DNA of 64,000 bases from Blasia pusilla (GCA_050084515.1 CM114271.1:44392001-44456000), one strand, 5' to 3'; counted from the first letter of the stretch, positions 27,501-42,200 are shown. Numbers and translations: made by a program. Notes: generated by a model not told the origin, from the letters alone.

Positions 27501-28171
27501 AGTCGGAATTCTCTCTTGTAGAGTGGGCTAGGATTGATAAGAGATCACAAATTGAGATTTTGTTGCAAATTATCTCTTGATTCTCCATAATCATCTAGAT
27601 TCCCAAAGTTGGGTGGATCACTAGTGCTAAAAAGGTACGAGAGAAGAACTAGAGTTGCTCCTTGAGATATCGACACTTATGTTTTGATAGCGATTTGATT
27701 AGAGAGCTGTGAAGAAGTGAGAAGGAGAGATCTCATTCTATTGGAACTTAAGTTTCGATACAACCTGTTGGCTGACGTGGTTCAAAAGGGCAAGGAACGC
27801 CGCTATGTGGTGTATCTTTCCCTACATGAGAGATTGAACAAGTTAGGTGCAACTATTTTGGAATATCTAGCATTAGTATTTTGTAGCGGTTGTTGTGAAG
27901 TATTTGGGATTTGCTATCTACGGAGCTAGTGGAGTGGAGGGATGGGAACTTAAGTTTTGATTTAGGTGTGAGAGGTGAGCTCCCTCCACGAAGCAATCAA
28001 GGAGTAGATCGGCGTAAGAGGGAATTAGAACTCAAGTTATGATTTAGCAATGATTAAGTGACAATACCTTTGAATTATGCGGTGGTCATCTCCACATCGT
28101 GACGAGACATGCCGTATGTGACAATAGAGCAATTGAGGAAGTTAGAACTTGAGTTCCAATTTGATCATAGT

Positions 28172-31100
28172 TTAGCCTTCACGTGTTGTAGCTGTATGGT
28201 GATCATCCCTAGAGCATAGCACAACATGTTCCATATGACAAGGAAGCAATTGAGAAAATGTCGTAGGTGTCATCTGTTGCAAGTAGACATAGTCTCCTTG
28301 ATGAAACCTCTGGATATTAGGTCGATAACGACCTCCCCGAATAGTCGCATACCTCAACGTATCCCAATGTTACGCAATAGCCAAGTTCCCAAATGCCATG
28401 GGCATGACTCTCCGAAACAACTCAGCCCTTTGAGAACATGCTCGTATCCATACATCAGGGTCATCATGATTCAACACCTCACCAACATCTCGACGAATGG
28501 CCGCAGGTAAATCTGGCTCTCGGCCATAAAGCAACAAGTATGGTGAGAAAGACGCTAAGGATGCTTTCCTGCTGAATCTATATCCCATCGCCAACCACGG
28601 CAACTGAAAGGTCCCAATCTCCTAGGTGATCTCTCTACAAGCCATACTTGTGTAGTCCTCTCTTCACCGTCTGCACCACTCGCTCCGCTAGTCCATCCGC
28701 CTCAAGATGACCTCGCGAAGTAGTGCGGTGGTCGATGAGTGCCTGATCACACAAGGCCTGAAACTCCCCTCGGAACTCTGTATCCTGGTCTGTCAACGCC
28801 TCAGTTGGTGCGCCGTAATGACTCAACACTCGATCTAGGAAGGCATACGCTACTCCCTCACTTGCTTTGTCAGGCAATGCAACCAACTCTATCCACTTCG
28901 AGAAGTGCTCGACCATCACCAACACATAACGACTATGGCGCTCCGTCAAAGGCAAAGGTCCTACAAAATCCAAACTCCATCTATAACCTAAACCCATGAT
29001 TGGAAGTGGATGCAACTGTGGAGTCAAACCATTGAACGATGCTCAAATTCGATCACACACCATGCACTGGCAACAAACTACTGAATGTCACTCTGCATGC
29101 CTTGCCACCAATACTGAATCTGGAGCAAGTTGTATGTCCGCTTCACTCCAAAATGACCCAACTCCTCGAGGGCATGACGCACCAAACGTGCTCTATATGA
29201 AGGATGAGGCACTACACGCACTCTACCATCCTCCCACATTATATTTATATATATATATGTCCCCTCCCACCGGAACCGTCTAGCTCGCTATAGGATCCGA
29301 TCCCGCTCTCTAGCACCCATTGTGCTCGCGAAGCTATTGGTACGCAGGTACTCCAAGACCACTCCATCGTCGTGAATATCTCGGCCACCTTTTGTCTCCT
29401 CATCGGCCTCTGGATCTAAGGAATATCCATTAAACCTCGCCTTCGAAGTCTCGGCAATTTGGCTCTCCATAGCCAACAAGCCCAAATAGGCTGACGCATG
29501 CCATCTTGGCACCAACTCCTCATCACTCTCACCATGCCAACAAGCTCCAATCGCATCTCGTTGACTCGCGCATGATATACGGCCCAAACCATCTGCATCT
29601 TGGTTGAGCATCCCAGGTGTATGCACCACCTTAAAGTCATACTCCTACAACAAAAGAGCCCACCTCACAAGCTTCCCTGTAAGCTTGTCGGACTCCATCA
29701 ACCACTTAAGTGGCTGATGATCAGTAATGATAGTAAAGGGATTGCCGAATAGGTAACATCTAAAATGAGCGACAACCCACACTACAACCAAGCATTCACC
29801 CTCATACAAGCTATACTTTGCCTTTGCAATGTTGTTCGAGCGACTAGCATAAGCCACCACGAACTCTCTACCATCATCGTCATGTTGGGTGAGCACGGCT
29901 CCAAGCCCCAACATGCTCCAATCGGTATGCAAGTAGAAATTATGATCCATGATTGGTCTCCTCAATATGAGCGCGGACGTCATTCTGTCCTTGAGCATGT
30001 GAAATGCTCTCTCTTGCTCATCCCCCCAGTGCCACTCCTAATCCACCTTGGTCATCAAGGTTAGCGGCTTCGCAATCGAATTGAAACCCTTGACGTGCCG
30101 TCGATAGAAGTTCGCCAATCCCATGAATGCACGAACTCGACTCACATCTGTAGGGCGTGGAATACGTGAAATAGCCTCTACCTTCTTCTATTGCACACCA
30201 AAGCCCCAAGGGTATATCGTATGACCCAAGTACTCAATGTGGTCGTAGAGGAACTTGCACTTGCCTAGATATAGCTTCAGCCCATGTAACTGCAATCGAC
30301 AGAACACCTCCTCTAGATGTCGCTCATGCTCCTCAACCGTGGCACTAAAGACTACGATGTCATCAATATAACACCTAGCAAAATCCAGACCTGCCAAGAT
30401 CCTATCCATGACCCTCTGAAACTCAACCAGGCGTTCTTTAACCTAAATGGTAAGAACCGCCAGTAGTACAAACAATCCTTCCCGTGAGGATCGATGCCCA
30501 AAAATATCGTCTTTTGCCTATCCTCCAATCTGATATGCAACTCATGGTATCCAGCTCGCAAATCCAATCAACTGAACACCTTTGCATGCCCAATCGCATC
30601 AAAGATCTCCTCAGCGGTGGGCATGGCATACCTGTCAGCCTTTTTCTACCGATTGATAGATCGGTAATCTCCACACATTCGCATATCAGTCCAGTTGCCA
30701 TGCACATCCTTCTTGGCGGGCATGACAGTGGCAGTTGCATACTCTCCATGCGACATCTCCACTAGTTCTGCTCCAACCAAGTCCTGGCTCCTACTCTGAA
30801 TCATAGCCCTCTCCATGTCACTTTACTTGTAGGGTTGACAGAAGTTTGACGTGTCACTCGACAATTCAATGCGGATCCCTAGACCCTTCAGCGTACCCAA
30901 ATCATGCATACTAAATGCAAAATAGCTCCTATAATTCCTAAGGAACTGGTGTATCCGACGCCGCTCTCCTCCTATCAACTTAGGGCCCATATCTGGCTCC
31001 CAAGTCTCCATCGTGACTATGATAGGACTCTCCGGTACGAATGTCGGTGGTTGTTATGGTGCAATCCCGTTTGGGACAATAGAACTCCCATCTCCACGTG

Positions 31101-32280
31101 CAGTACATGGAGCCACGCTCGATGTTGTGGCTATCATCTCTTGGAGTACATGCAAAACATCCCAAGAAGTCCAAGGGTGTGTCTCTCGATCACCCCTAGT
31201 GTGTCGATCTCCTCGGGTCTCGCCCCCCAGCCACTGCCTCAACCGTCTCTATAGGCATGGGGCTCACCAACGCAACAACTATGATCTGTCACATCCTCAA
31301 ACTACGCTGCTCAACTACTCCTAACCTGAAAATCCATCTCAAGCAATTCAAGTCCATCGCCTAACCCAAGACATGATGTCATGATGCCTTCGATAGTGAT
31401 GGTACTGCCGTCACTCCTATGGGGAATCCCATCGCTCGCTCTCGCTCATTGACGTTGGGCTCCACCAACCTATGTACTTGGTCATCCTAAACCAAGCCAG
31501 GTCCGGCCTCCTTGAATGCATGGGAAGTGGGAAAACTCACCAATGTGGGAAAGGCAGCTCGTGGCATGCCAACTCTTCATAGCAGCAATCTTGCCTACCA
31601 AGGGTTCCTCTGACCCGTCACACTCTAGTGCAAATATCTCGCTCCATGCGGTCTCCACATGCTCAATGGCTAAGCGTCAAAGCTCCTCAGTCAAGCCCCA
31701 AAGCGGCACCTCTCCTCCACGAACTGATGCGGCTACAATGACACTCCTCTCCATAAAAATGTCAAGAACGGGAGTATCCTCTGCATGGACATGTTTCTCA
31801 ATCAAATCACTAGGCCAAGTGATGGCACTGCTAAATGCTGCTAAGGTCACCATCTCTCCAGGCCATCGCTCGATCACTGCACCTATCAATCGAATGGGTA
31901 ATGAGCTAAGGCGCCCATCACCTGACTGCCATCTTGGTATGTAGGACGCTGACTCCTTCCAGTAATCCAGGGAAAACCCCATTGGGTATAACACTGCTCC
32001 ACCAACCAAGACGTCGTAGGACTCTACATCAGTCACTATGCCCTTGGCTTACACCACGGACACCGCGTAGGATGTCCCGGGCGAATCCTCACCACGACCT
32101 CATGTCACGTCATATATTGTGTGGAACTCGCTCCACCCAAGGATGTATGTATTCAGAATGGACAACGCTCCACATCGGCTCTCGTCAAGCCCAATCCTCT
32201 GAATGACGCTTTCCCCAATATCAGGGGTTATGCTCCTAAATCCAACAAGACGCGCTGCGGACTAAAAGCTCTACCTCCGA
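28172..32280 (-). mobile_element. Copy X: truncated E1-family element (PR, RT, RNase H, IN) with the DNMT core deleted
   Basis: RT YIDD (ORF 30188-30409), RNase H LHTDWS (29645-29998), IN (28635-29027), PR region ~32000-32270. At ~31575 the sequence jumps from the equivalent of 52011 to 51270 of copy Y. Confidence 0.85.
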
Positions 32281-32808
32281 GACACCATGCATTTGGCAAC
32301 AAACTGCTGAACGTCAGTCTGCATGCCTGGCCACCAATACTGAATCTAGAGCAAGCTATACGTCTGCTTCACTCCAAAATGACCCAACTCCTGGTAGGCA
32401 TGACGCACCAAATGTGCTCTCTATGAAGGATGAGGCACTACACGCACACTACCGTCCTCCCACACTCGCAACACATGTGTGCCCTCCCACCGAAAGCGTC
32501 TAGCTCGCTGTAGGATCCCATCCTGCTCTCTAGCACCCATTGTGCTTGCAATGCTGCCAATATGTAGGTACTCCAAGACCATTCTATCATCTTAAATATC
32601 TCAGCCACTTGTCGTCTCCTCACCGACCTCTGGATCTAATGACTCTCCATCAGACCTCGCCATCGAAGTCTCAGCAATTTGGCTCTCCATAGCCAACAAG
32701 CCCAAATAGGCTGACACATGCCATCCTGGCAATGACTCCTCCTCATCACTCTCACCATGCCAATGAGCTCTAGTTGCATCTCGCTAACTTGGGCATGGGT
32801 TACGGCTC
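32281..32808 (-). mobile_element. Copy Y, 3' part (IN N-terminus), separated from its 5' part by insertion of E3
   Basis: Repeats the IN N-terminal sequence of 29060-29590. Ends gggttacggctc, which continues as (actc)aaacc at 50058. Confidence 0.8.
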
Positions 32809-34686
32809 TATCATGACCATACGGATTATGTCGTAGAGTATAGCGTGCTAGTAGAGGCCGTACCTTATGTAGGGTCGTAGTGTCTAGGTAGAAATGCGGT
32901 TTCATACATAGGGTTGGGGGTTACTCCGTTGAGGGTGACTTTTCCAATAGGGCCCGCTCTTAGGTTGGAGGATATAGTGTGGAGTGCACTCAAAGAACAG
33001 TAAGTTCTTTGAGTTGAGCATGTTGCGTTGGGAGTTAGCCTTGGTAGTGAGTAGAGCTCTTGGCTATGGTGGTTCCCGCAAGCTTTGACCTGGATTCTCC
33101 CATTGTGGAGTGGGTTTGGCTCGATTTTATGTGATTCTATATGTGTTTTATGAAAGTAGGTCTTTCACGGATTTCACTCAAAGAATTGGAGTAGATCCAT
33201 TGTAGCTTCGATCGTGGATCAGTACGATCTGGTTAGGGCTGGTTGTGTACTCAGCCGTGGATGTTTGTGGCTTGTGGCCTATGTTGGAGGTGGGAATCTG
33301 GTGCATGGTTGGTTGGGAAAGAAGCGCCTTGCTAAGAGCTTTCCAATGCGCTTTAGATTGCCGGATTTTGTGAAGGGAGTTGGAAGTTATCAAGGATTGA
33401 AGATTCTGGTTCGTGTTCGACGGTTTTCTGATGTGGAGAGCTTGGAGTGCGGAAGCTCTGTTGAAGTTCATCGAGATTGGGTGAGAGGTTCCTGTTGCTA
33501 CCTGTATAGTGATCTCATGTGAAGCTATCTGCTTGAGTGTGTGGAGCGTTGCGGATTTCTGTGTGCATGAATCTGGGCGGAAGCGCTGTCGGATTTGTGA
33601 TTCTTGAGGTGTATGGACAACAAGTTTGTCTGATTTTTAGCTCAGAGTACAGAGCTTGATTGTAGCTGATTTTTTGTGGAGAGATAACTATGGTGGCCAA
33701 TTGAATTCTAGTTGAAATAGATTAAATTTTGGTTGAGGATTTGTGGAGTAATTGCTGATCAAAATTTCATGGACTAGCTCAAGGTCTGGCTATGGTGGAT
33801 AGCAGATCGGAGGGGCCGGTTGGTTGGTGACTCGTCCATTTTTTGAGATGCCTATCCCATTGGGGGTGCCGTGGTTGGGCCTCTCTCCATAGCGAGGCAT
33901 GGCAAATAGGGAAATAGGGGCATTTCTCGAGCATTTCTCGGCGCTTCGAGGCTTCGAGGCAACTCGTGGTAGCTCGGGGTGAGTGGGCATGAGAGGCGGA
34001 GTAAGGAGTAAGGAGCAAGCTTGCTTGGGCGTGAGGAAATTTTTGCAAGATTTTTGAGTTGAGTGTTGCATAAATGGTCACCCATCTTTGGGCTATTCTG
34101 CCTGGAAGATGCTTAACTGCTAAGTTCTTAACTATGCTAGTGTACACACTGGTGTAGCTCATTTGGTGCTATTTGGAGATGTGTTAGGCGCTTTATGCAT
34201 CTCGGGTTTTTGGTTGATGGACCTCTAGCGCATATTACCGTGTGGCCTCTCCATGCAGGTGATATTTTCATGTGCTGCGAGTGCGACTAGCACGTCATCA
34301 ACCAGCGGCGGAGTAGCTATTGCGTTAGAATTGTGTGGTGGGTTTTGTGGATTCAGGGGGCGCCACATTTGGTGGATTGTGTTATCTTGATTTCCATTTG
34401 CGATTGGAGGGTTGTCGTTAGACTTCCTGTGTTTGGATCCCCTCCATCGTTGCTTCTTGCTTGCGCGCCCATTCTTAGGGTTGACGCTGATTTCCAGAGT
34501 AGTTTTACTCCTATGTGCTACCGGTAGTGAGGCTGGAGTGATGACCAGTAGATCATGGGAGGGTATTTTTGGTGATGACAGGTTAGGTTGCCCACATCCA
34601 TAGCTAGTAGAGCTAGAATAGTACAGTGACATCGACGTCACTTGGTTACTTAGTGGTGGTGATTTGGTGGTGGTGCGGCATCGGCG

Positions 34687-36357
34687 TTGGTCATCACGGA
34701 GCTGTCTGGTGGTCGGGTTGGGGACCGTGGTGCGGACAATGGTGGTTTTACACGGAGTGGATTGAGGTATCGGCTACCTTTTCCACTTCCGAAGGTTGAT
34801 GAGGACGAGGACGAGGGTGTTCCAAACACTGAGTCTTCTACGTTGTTATCGAGTGTTGCAGCTCCATTGATTTGGGACATGGACGGGATATATGAGGCCA
34901 TGAAGGGCCCACGAGGATACTCGGGTGCAGTGGGCACCATTGAGTTGGAGGACTTCATTCAGGAGTTTGATACATGGTGTGATATGCAAATGTTGCGGAA
35001 CGCCACGTTGTTTACACCCTTCTTGGCTTGGAAGGGGTTGTTTCAGCACTTGGAGGGACCACCCATGGACGATTACCATGAGTTTAGGAGGGACCATGTT
35101 GCTGAGATTGAGGCATGGAGACAATATTGGTCTCTAGGCTATGTGTCTATCACCCATGGTGGTATTGGTAGTAGTGCTCCTACTGTGCTAGCCAACCCGA
35201 CGTTGAGTGGTACGAGTACGAGTCGGAGTGGGGGTACCAGTGGAGGTACCCATGGAGGTACTAGTGGGGGTACTAGTGGAGGTACTAGTCCCCCACCATC
35301 GTTCAGCCCGGTTGCAGAGTTCTTCGAGAGGTTGAAGAAGAACTATCAGGGAGTGAAGATAGAGAAGTTGAGGAGTCTTCAAGAATTTGAGCGAAACACT
35401 GGTGATAGTCTTCGTGAGGCATACACTCGTATGCGACGCTTGATTTCACGTACCCAGGGTGTGACTGAGGCTCAAGCAGTCCTATTTTGGTATGGGATCT
35501 TGGACAGAGAATTACGCCGCATGGTACGTGATGCTACTCTTATGAGTGATGATTCATCCACATTGCGCCATGTGTTTGCTCTATCTGAGAAGATTGAGCT
35601 TAACATGGTCGAGGAGAGAGTGGTGACATCCGCATTCAATAGGGATACAACAACTACTTCTCGTGTTCAACAGTCCACCTCACAGTCTTGTAGTAATGGT
35701 GGTGGTGGTAGTAGTAGTGGGAGTCGTGGGGGGTACACACGACCTCTGTTAGGTCCTAGAGGGACACTTGCGCAGAGACCATTGCCTTCATTTGTTGCCC
35801 CGCAGCAAGGACAGTCATGTTGGACATGTGGAGGTGATCATGTCAGGAGGTTTTGTCCCCAAGAGGATGGGAGACAAACTTTGGAGGATAGACCTCAATC
35901 AGCCCCAACTCAGTGTGATTATTGTGGGAGACCAGGTCATCCTCGAGAGCGTTGCTTTGATCTTCATCCAAAGTTGAGATCAGACCGCGGTTGTGGTGGA
36001 GTAGCTCCAAGAGGCCGAGGTGGTAAAGGTGGTAGGGGTGGTAGAGGTGGACCAGTGGTTGGAGAGCCTACGGTGGCTACCCCTACCACTACGACAAAGT
36101 CAGCTATGGCTGCCATGATTGAGCAATTGGAGCAGAGGTTGGCTAATATGGCTGGTATCCAACATAGAGCAGGTTCAGGAGCAGGGGCTTCCACCTCTTA
36201 TAGAGGGGATGATCTCTCTTATATGGCAAGTGCAGCACAGGCTGAGGCATCATCTGCAGTAACGAGAGGAACCACTCGAGCGTCAGAGCCACATGGTGCT
36301 ACTGTGGAGTTGGACCAACAGAGGGGTAAAGTTGGGAGGCATGCTAGGCTCCCCTAG
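34687..36357 (+). CDS. gag: E3 Gag (open frame, 556 aa)
   Basis: Two zinc knuckles (CWTCGGDHVRRFC, CDYCGRPGHPRERC), an RGG tract and a GGTS repeat. Homologous to the E1/Y gag (GAVGTIEL.DFI.EF..WCD). True start codon uncertain. Confidence 0.8.
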   Translation: MVITELSGGRVGDRGADNGGFTRSGLRYRLPFPLPKVDEDEDEGVPNTESSTLLSSVAAPLIWDMDGIYEAMKGPRGYSGAVGTIELEDFIQEFDTWCDMQMLRNATLFTPFLAWKGLFQHLEGPPMDDYHEFRRDHVAEIEAWRQYWSLGYVSITHGGIGSSAPTVLANPTLSGTSTSRSGGTSGGTHGGTSGGTSGGTSPPPSFSPVAEFFERLKKNYQGVKIEKLRSLQEFERNTGDSLREAYTRMRRLISRTQGVTEAQAVLFWYGILDRELRRMVRDATLMSDDSSTLRHVFALSEKIELNMVEERVVTSAFNRDTTTTSRVQQSTSQSCSNGGGGSSSGSRGGYTRPLLGPRGTLAQRPLPSFVAPQQGQSCWTCGGDHVRRFCPQEDGRQTLEDRPQSAPTQCDYCGRPGHPRERCFDLHPKLRSDRGCGGVAPRGRGGKGGRGGRGGPVVGEPTVATPTTTTKSAMAAMIEQLEQRLANMAGIQHRAGSGAGASTSYRGDDLSYMASAAQAEASSAVTRGTTRASEPHGATVELDQQRGKVGRHARLP

Positions 36358-37576
36358 TCATTCTTGTTGTCTGAGGTGCTTAGGACTCCATCCATGGTCT
36401 ACGCAGCCTATTGAGCCTACAGTGGGGACTGAGGCATCTACATCGCGTGTAGTAGACATGGATGCAGCATCCAATGCAGCATCCAATGCAGTATTGTGGA
36501 TGGCAACTTCAGTGTTGGGATCCCCATTATTTTCAGCCACTAAGTTGATGGCCTTAGGAGTTGACTTAGCTCATATATTTCAGCTAGCAGCCACGTTGTG
36601 TGAACGTGGGAGTGTTACTACTACACGTGCTGTGGTGGATGAGGGTGTTGCGATGGAGCAACCCTCTATGTCAGGTGTAGCATTGAGTACCACTACTACT
36701 TGGCAGGCAGTAGCGGCAAAGATGGATGCATTACCAGCCCGGCCAGCCATTGATTGTGAGAGGCTTACACATGGTGTATGTATGTTGGACAACCGGAGTG
36801 GGATATTCTGATTGGTGAGTCATATAGGACAGGTGTATAGACCAGATAGAGTCTTGTTAGACTTTGGTGCCCCACCTTTGATGTTGGGAAAGGCGGCATG
36901 TATTGGTTTGGGTATTCGGAGGTTAGAGCTTGAGCCTTGCCCATTCCAGATTTAGACATCACTTGGAGGAGCCAATGATAGGTCTCATTTCATGACACGG
37001 GATAAGTTTTCTATACAGTTGAGATCAGATCATGCGACTGATAGCTCCAGGTTGGGAGTACCTGCAGTGGTCACATCAGCCGAGTCGTATGATGTACTAG
37101 TTGGAGGAGCAATATTATACCCGATGGGTTTTCATATGGACTACTGGACTGAGACAGTGTCTTATAGACCTGTTTGGCAGTCTGGGGATGGACGTATGAG
37201 CCAGGTTCTTGTGAGATTTTTTTATGGGGCTCGACTAGGAGGGTCTTCCCCAACGGTGTTAGCATCTGTGGCTGGTTTTTGTGCAGTAGTCACTTGGCCA
37301 GGAGACTTTTTGGAGGGTAACCTTTCTGCTATGGGTTCTTCTATGCATGAGGAGGTAGAGGAGGTCCCTAGTTTTGCAGCAGTGGTATCCTCATCATTGG
37401 ATGTGCCACTTTGGAGTTCAAGCGGTGCACTACGGCAGGAGGCTGATCGCCTAGTGTAGGAGGCTTGGTGTAAGGCTGTTATACCTCACGAGGAAGAGGA
37501 GGCTCCATGGCGGACTCCTACTTCTGGTCCAATTGGGTTATCCCTTTGGATACTACACCCATTGTATGGCAGTATC
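36358..37576 (+). pseudogene. E3 pol, 5' part: aspartic protease region
   Basis: RVLLDFGAPPLMLGKA at ~36850 (DSG in E1) and YDVLVGG; a few stops. Interrupted at 37577 by the chromovirus. Confidence 0.8.
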
Positions 37577-38606
37577 TGTCGTGCGCCTACTCTCCTTGAA
37601 CGTTTATCTTGTTTGTTGCGAAGCGTGCGTTCAGTAGGTCACGCTCTCAACGATGATTTGCATCCAAACACGCACTTTGGTTAGTCGGGTCTTGGATCAA
37701 TCAGCGGGATTACTTTCCGAGTTCTCGTCTCGGACTCTCATCAAGCTCAACGTTCCTAGTTTTACGGTTTCCAACACGGGCAAATCCCGAAAGACTTGGG
37801 ACAGACTTTCTGGTCGGTTTAGGAAATTGAAACGGCATTTCGCGCCTAGCGGTTCCAATCGTCCGATGGACATCCAATGAGTTCCTCACCAAGACTCGCA
37901 CGAAGTGAATCTCGGGTTGGAATCCAAGTGTGGCGTACAAAGTCCACTCCCTTGGATCAGGTTTGGGTTTTGAGTTCCAACGCCAAACTCCCGTTCCATC
38001 CCGTGCCTCTGAAACGCCGTTTGGCGCCCAAAGTGGGGATTCGTTTCCCGAGACATCTCGGAGAGAATCCTCCCTTACTAGTACTTCTGGGGATCTCCGG
38101 GGGCCCCCTACATTTAGGGAAAGACACCCGGGCCTCTCCAATTGGCCCTCAACCCGATTGCTCTTTCAATCGTTTTTGGCCAATATCTCAGCCTGTACTT
38201 ATGTGTTTGCTGAGATCTTTAGTGCGTCGGAAGCGTCTCAAGATCAGCTTTCCAACGCGCCCTTATTTGTCCCAAACGCATATCGGATCTCAACGTTATG
38301 GTCTTAAACACAGTCAGATTCTCCCAAACGCTAGTGGTGTTTCAAATTGGTTCTCACCTCTTTGGCAACCAACCTCCCAAGACTCAACTCATCTCAAGTC
38401 TTGGCTCGCGTTGGGTCTAGGTTTCCAAGTCGCGACCACTAAGGCATGAAACGCACAACTCTGTTCCGCATTTCGTCTCTTAGACTTTTCCAAGAGACTT
38501 TTCCAAACGCCTCTCCAAAGCGCAAACCTTGCAGCGTGAGTTCCTTTGAGTTCTGATGTTTCGCTTGGTGCCTATTTGGTGTTGTTTGGTTTAGAGGGTC
38601 GCGACA
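37577..38606 (-). repeat. 3' LTR of chromovirus
   Basis: TGTCGTGCGCC...GGTCGCGACA, direct repeat of 43939-44969. Confidence 0.97.
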
Positions 38607-38619
38607 CTCACCCCTCCTT
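38607..38619 (-). other. Polypurine tract of chromovirus
   Basis: Minus strand AAGGAGGGGTGAG abutting the 3' LTR. Confidence 0.85.
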
Positions 38620-39299
38620 AGAAGGTTGATGTCCTCATCAACGCAAACCTTATTAATGTTAAGTTCTGGGAAGCCGACCCCTTAACACTAAATCGCGTTC
38701 TGGTAGCTAACTCGCAATTCCTCTTTTGGCTTAAGTCTTAGGTTGTCTCTTGCAGCACTTAGACTTATTAGCTTATTTTTTTCGATTAGCCTAGACCAGT
38801 TTTGCACAACTAATCTAAACTATCAAACTAAGCTCACTAAGTCTGCAACCTAACACTTCACTCACTATTTGTAAACAACCGCCTATCTACCTAGCCAACT
38901 CGTACTACTTTTGGGTCACTTATATTCCACCTAGGCGTGCACTAAGTTCAGTCATGCAACATGAATGAGATCACCATAAACCCCAAGAAAGACTCATCTG
39001 CCCCGCCGACGTTAGGGCAAGCCCAAATGCTACTACTTCAACACTTGGTCATGATCTAGATACCTTATCTGAATACAAGCTCTCACCTCAAATACTCATT
39101 GTTTGGTCTCCTTGACTTACATCCTAAGCATATGAAGAACTACTCATTGCCTTGCACAAACCAAACTCAAAATTACAATACAAGCATCGAATCTCCAAAT
39201 CCATGTCTTCTTTATTGCAACAACTAAACATTTATAGTTACAACGGGTTATCGGCCCAAGCTTTCCGGTCACAAGTTATGTCCATTGCTTCACCATGTA

Positions 39300-42200
39300 C
39301 TAACGCATGTGCCTTTCTTTCATCCATCTGATGTCACGCAATGCTTCTTGCGCGTGTTCAAGATCCGCCTCCGCAATCCAAGTCGCCTCTTTCACATGGT
39401 AGCCTTTCCACTTGACCAAGTACTCGTACTTGGTGGCTCTACGTCTCGAACGCAGAATGGTCTCAACCTCAAACTCTGGTTCCTCATTTCTGATGACCGG
39501 TTGTGGTCTCAACATCCTCCTTCGCTCCGGACGCACATTGTCTTGAAGACACTTCTTCAATAATGACACATGGAAAGTCGGGTGAATCTTGAACTTGTTT
39601 GGCAGCTCCAATGTGTACACATCCTCAAACGGCTTTGCCTTGATCACATATGGTCCAGCATACTTGGCTAACAATTTCGCGAACAATTCCTTCGGAAGAG
39701 TGAGATTCTTTCCACTCAACCACACTTGTTCCCCAACTTGGAAACTCACTTGGCGCCGACTTTTGTTAGCATGCTTCACGTACCTTAGTTGAGCCTTGGC
39801 GAGACTTTTCCTCGCTCGCTCTTGTCGTTCTTGCATTTCCACTAACAAACATTCCGCCGTTGCTTGACGAGTGTGTGTCGATGTAGCGCCCTTCGAAAGA
39901 GCTAAGTCAAGAGGCCCTTCTGGTTCTCTTTGATACGCCAGAAGAAATAGAGATTCTCCGGTTGCATAATGCTTAGTCGAGTTGTAACAATACTCAGCCA
40001 TACTTAACCACTTGGCCCAATCTCTCTGGTCTGCACTCACGTAATTCCGTAAGTATTGGTTTACGACCGAGTTTACTTTTTCCGTTTGCCCATCCGTTTG
40101 AGGATGGAAGGCCGTACTAAAGTTGAGTTTGGTCCGGAACCTCATGAATAGATGTTTCCAAAAGGCACTGGTAAACTTCGGATCTCGATCGGACACAATG
40201 CTCCTAGGCAATCCGTGCGCTCGCCACCAACCATCCAAGTATAGTCGGGAAGTCGTGTAGGCCGTCGCAGACTCTCTTGTCGGCACAAACCTCCCCAACT
40301 TGCTAAACCGATCAACTATCACAAGTATAGCATTCTATCCCTTAGATTCCGGAAGACTCGTAATGAAATCCATGCTAATGCTTTGCAAGGGTCCCTCCGG
40401 GATTGGCAAAGGATGAAGTAAGCCTTGTTTCTTTGCATAAGAAACGCAGTTCGCCTGACAGGTCATGCATGTTTTCACATATTGAGCAACATCTTCCTTC
40501 ATGTTGGGCCAGAAGAACCTTTTGGTCAAAACAGCAAGAGTGGATTTCTCCCCTTTGTGTCCCGCCAAAAGTCCATCATGACATTCCACAAACACCTTGG
40601 TCCGTAGCTTGCCTTGGCCTACATAGATCCTGCTCTGCTTAAACCTTAGCAAGCCGTGTCTCAAACTCAGATTGGCCACCTTCTCGCCCCGCTCTAACTT
40701 CCCAAGGTACTCCCTCGCTTGCGCATCCTTCATGCATCCTTCACGAATCCTTCTTTCCAGGTCTGTTTCATTAGGGAACATTGCTCCCAACACATGTGTC
40801 GTCGATGGCATGTGCTCATCCCTGCGACTTAACGCATCTGGAATGACATTGTCTTTCCCCGGCTTGTGGATTAGCTCCACATTCATCAATGCCAAGGTAT
40901 CATGCCACCGAAGTTGCTTTGGCGTTACGCGATCCTCGGTCTCAAAATACTTGAGCGATATGTTATCGGTGAATACTTGAGTCCTGTGAAGTCCCAGATA
41001 GTGACGCCACTCCTCAAGCAGTGAACCACCGCAAACAACTCTTTCTCATGAGTAGGCCATCTCCTTTCAGTGTCGCTAAGCTTCTTGCTCTCGTATGCAC
41101 CAACATTCCCGCAATCGCGAAATCACTAGCATCTGTGTGCACTTCGAACGGTTGGTCAAACTCTGGCAATTTCACAACTGGCGCCTGCGAGAGGATCTCT
41201 TTGACTCGATTGAACGATTTATCCACTTCCTCGATCCATGTAGTATTGGCAAACTTTGCGGTCCAATCCGTGAGAGGTTTCACTATTCCCGAAAAGTTCT
41301 TCACGTATGTCCGGTAAAACTGGACTGCTCCGATGAACCTTCTCATCCCCTTCACCGTGGAAGGCGGTTCCAATTCGGCAATTGCGCTTACCTTCTCCAT
41401 GTCTCGACTCACTCCATCCGCACTAACCACATGCCCCAAGAACTTGATCTTCGTCAAACCGAACTCACTCTTATCCGCATTCGCATACAGCTTGCTCGCC
41501 CTAAGTTTCTCAAACACCGTCTTCAAATGTCGAGCGTGCTCCTCTAGTGTTTTCGAATATATGAGTATGTCATCTATATAGATGATCACAAACTCATCCG
41601 TGTCCTTATGAAAGATGGAGTTCATCAAAGTGCTAAACGTTGGAGGCGCATTACAAAGACCAAAAGGCATCACCACAAACTCAAACGAACCGTATCTCGT
41701 TCTACACGCAGTCTTCTCTACATCCGCTTTGGCAATCCGAATCTGCTAATATCCTGATTTCATGTCAATCCGGATGAAATACTTGGCACCCAAAAATCGA
41801 TCAAAGAGGTCATCCATCCTTGGTAGAGGATAGTTGATCCTTACCGTCACTTTATTCAGCGCTCGATAATCAACACAGAGTCTCAACTTCCCATCCTTCT
41901 TCTTTACAAAGAGGACGGGTGCCCCATAAGGTGACTTGCTTGTTCGGATGTAAACCCTCTCTAGGAGTTCACCCAAATATTTCTTCAACTCAGCAAGTTC
42001 CTCTTGATTCAACCTATATGATGCTTTTGAAGGTGGTTGAGATCCTAGTATCACCTCAATCTTATGATCAACCGCCCTATGTGGTGGCAACTCAGTCGGA
42101 AGCTCCTTAGTCAAAACATCTCCAAATTCTTTCACAACTCTTTTGAGTGTTTAAGGGATTCCCCTTGAAGCTGAGTTCTGATCTCTGCATCTCGCGCTTG

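Noticed and set aside
25740-28170. Possible further degraded retroelement sequence
   Set aside because: Only vague hints; no motif or repeat boundary I can support.
37653-38449. ORFs of 75-190 aa duplicated at 44016-44812
   Set aside because: They lie within the two LTRs; the duplication reflects LTR identity and no protein motif is recognisable.
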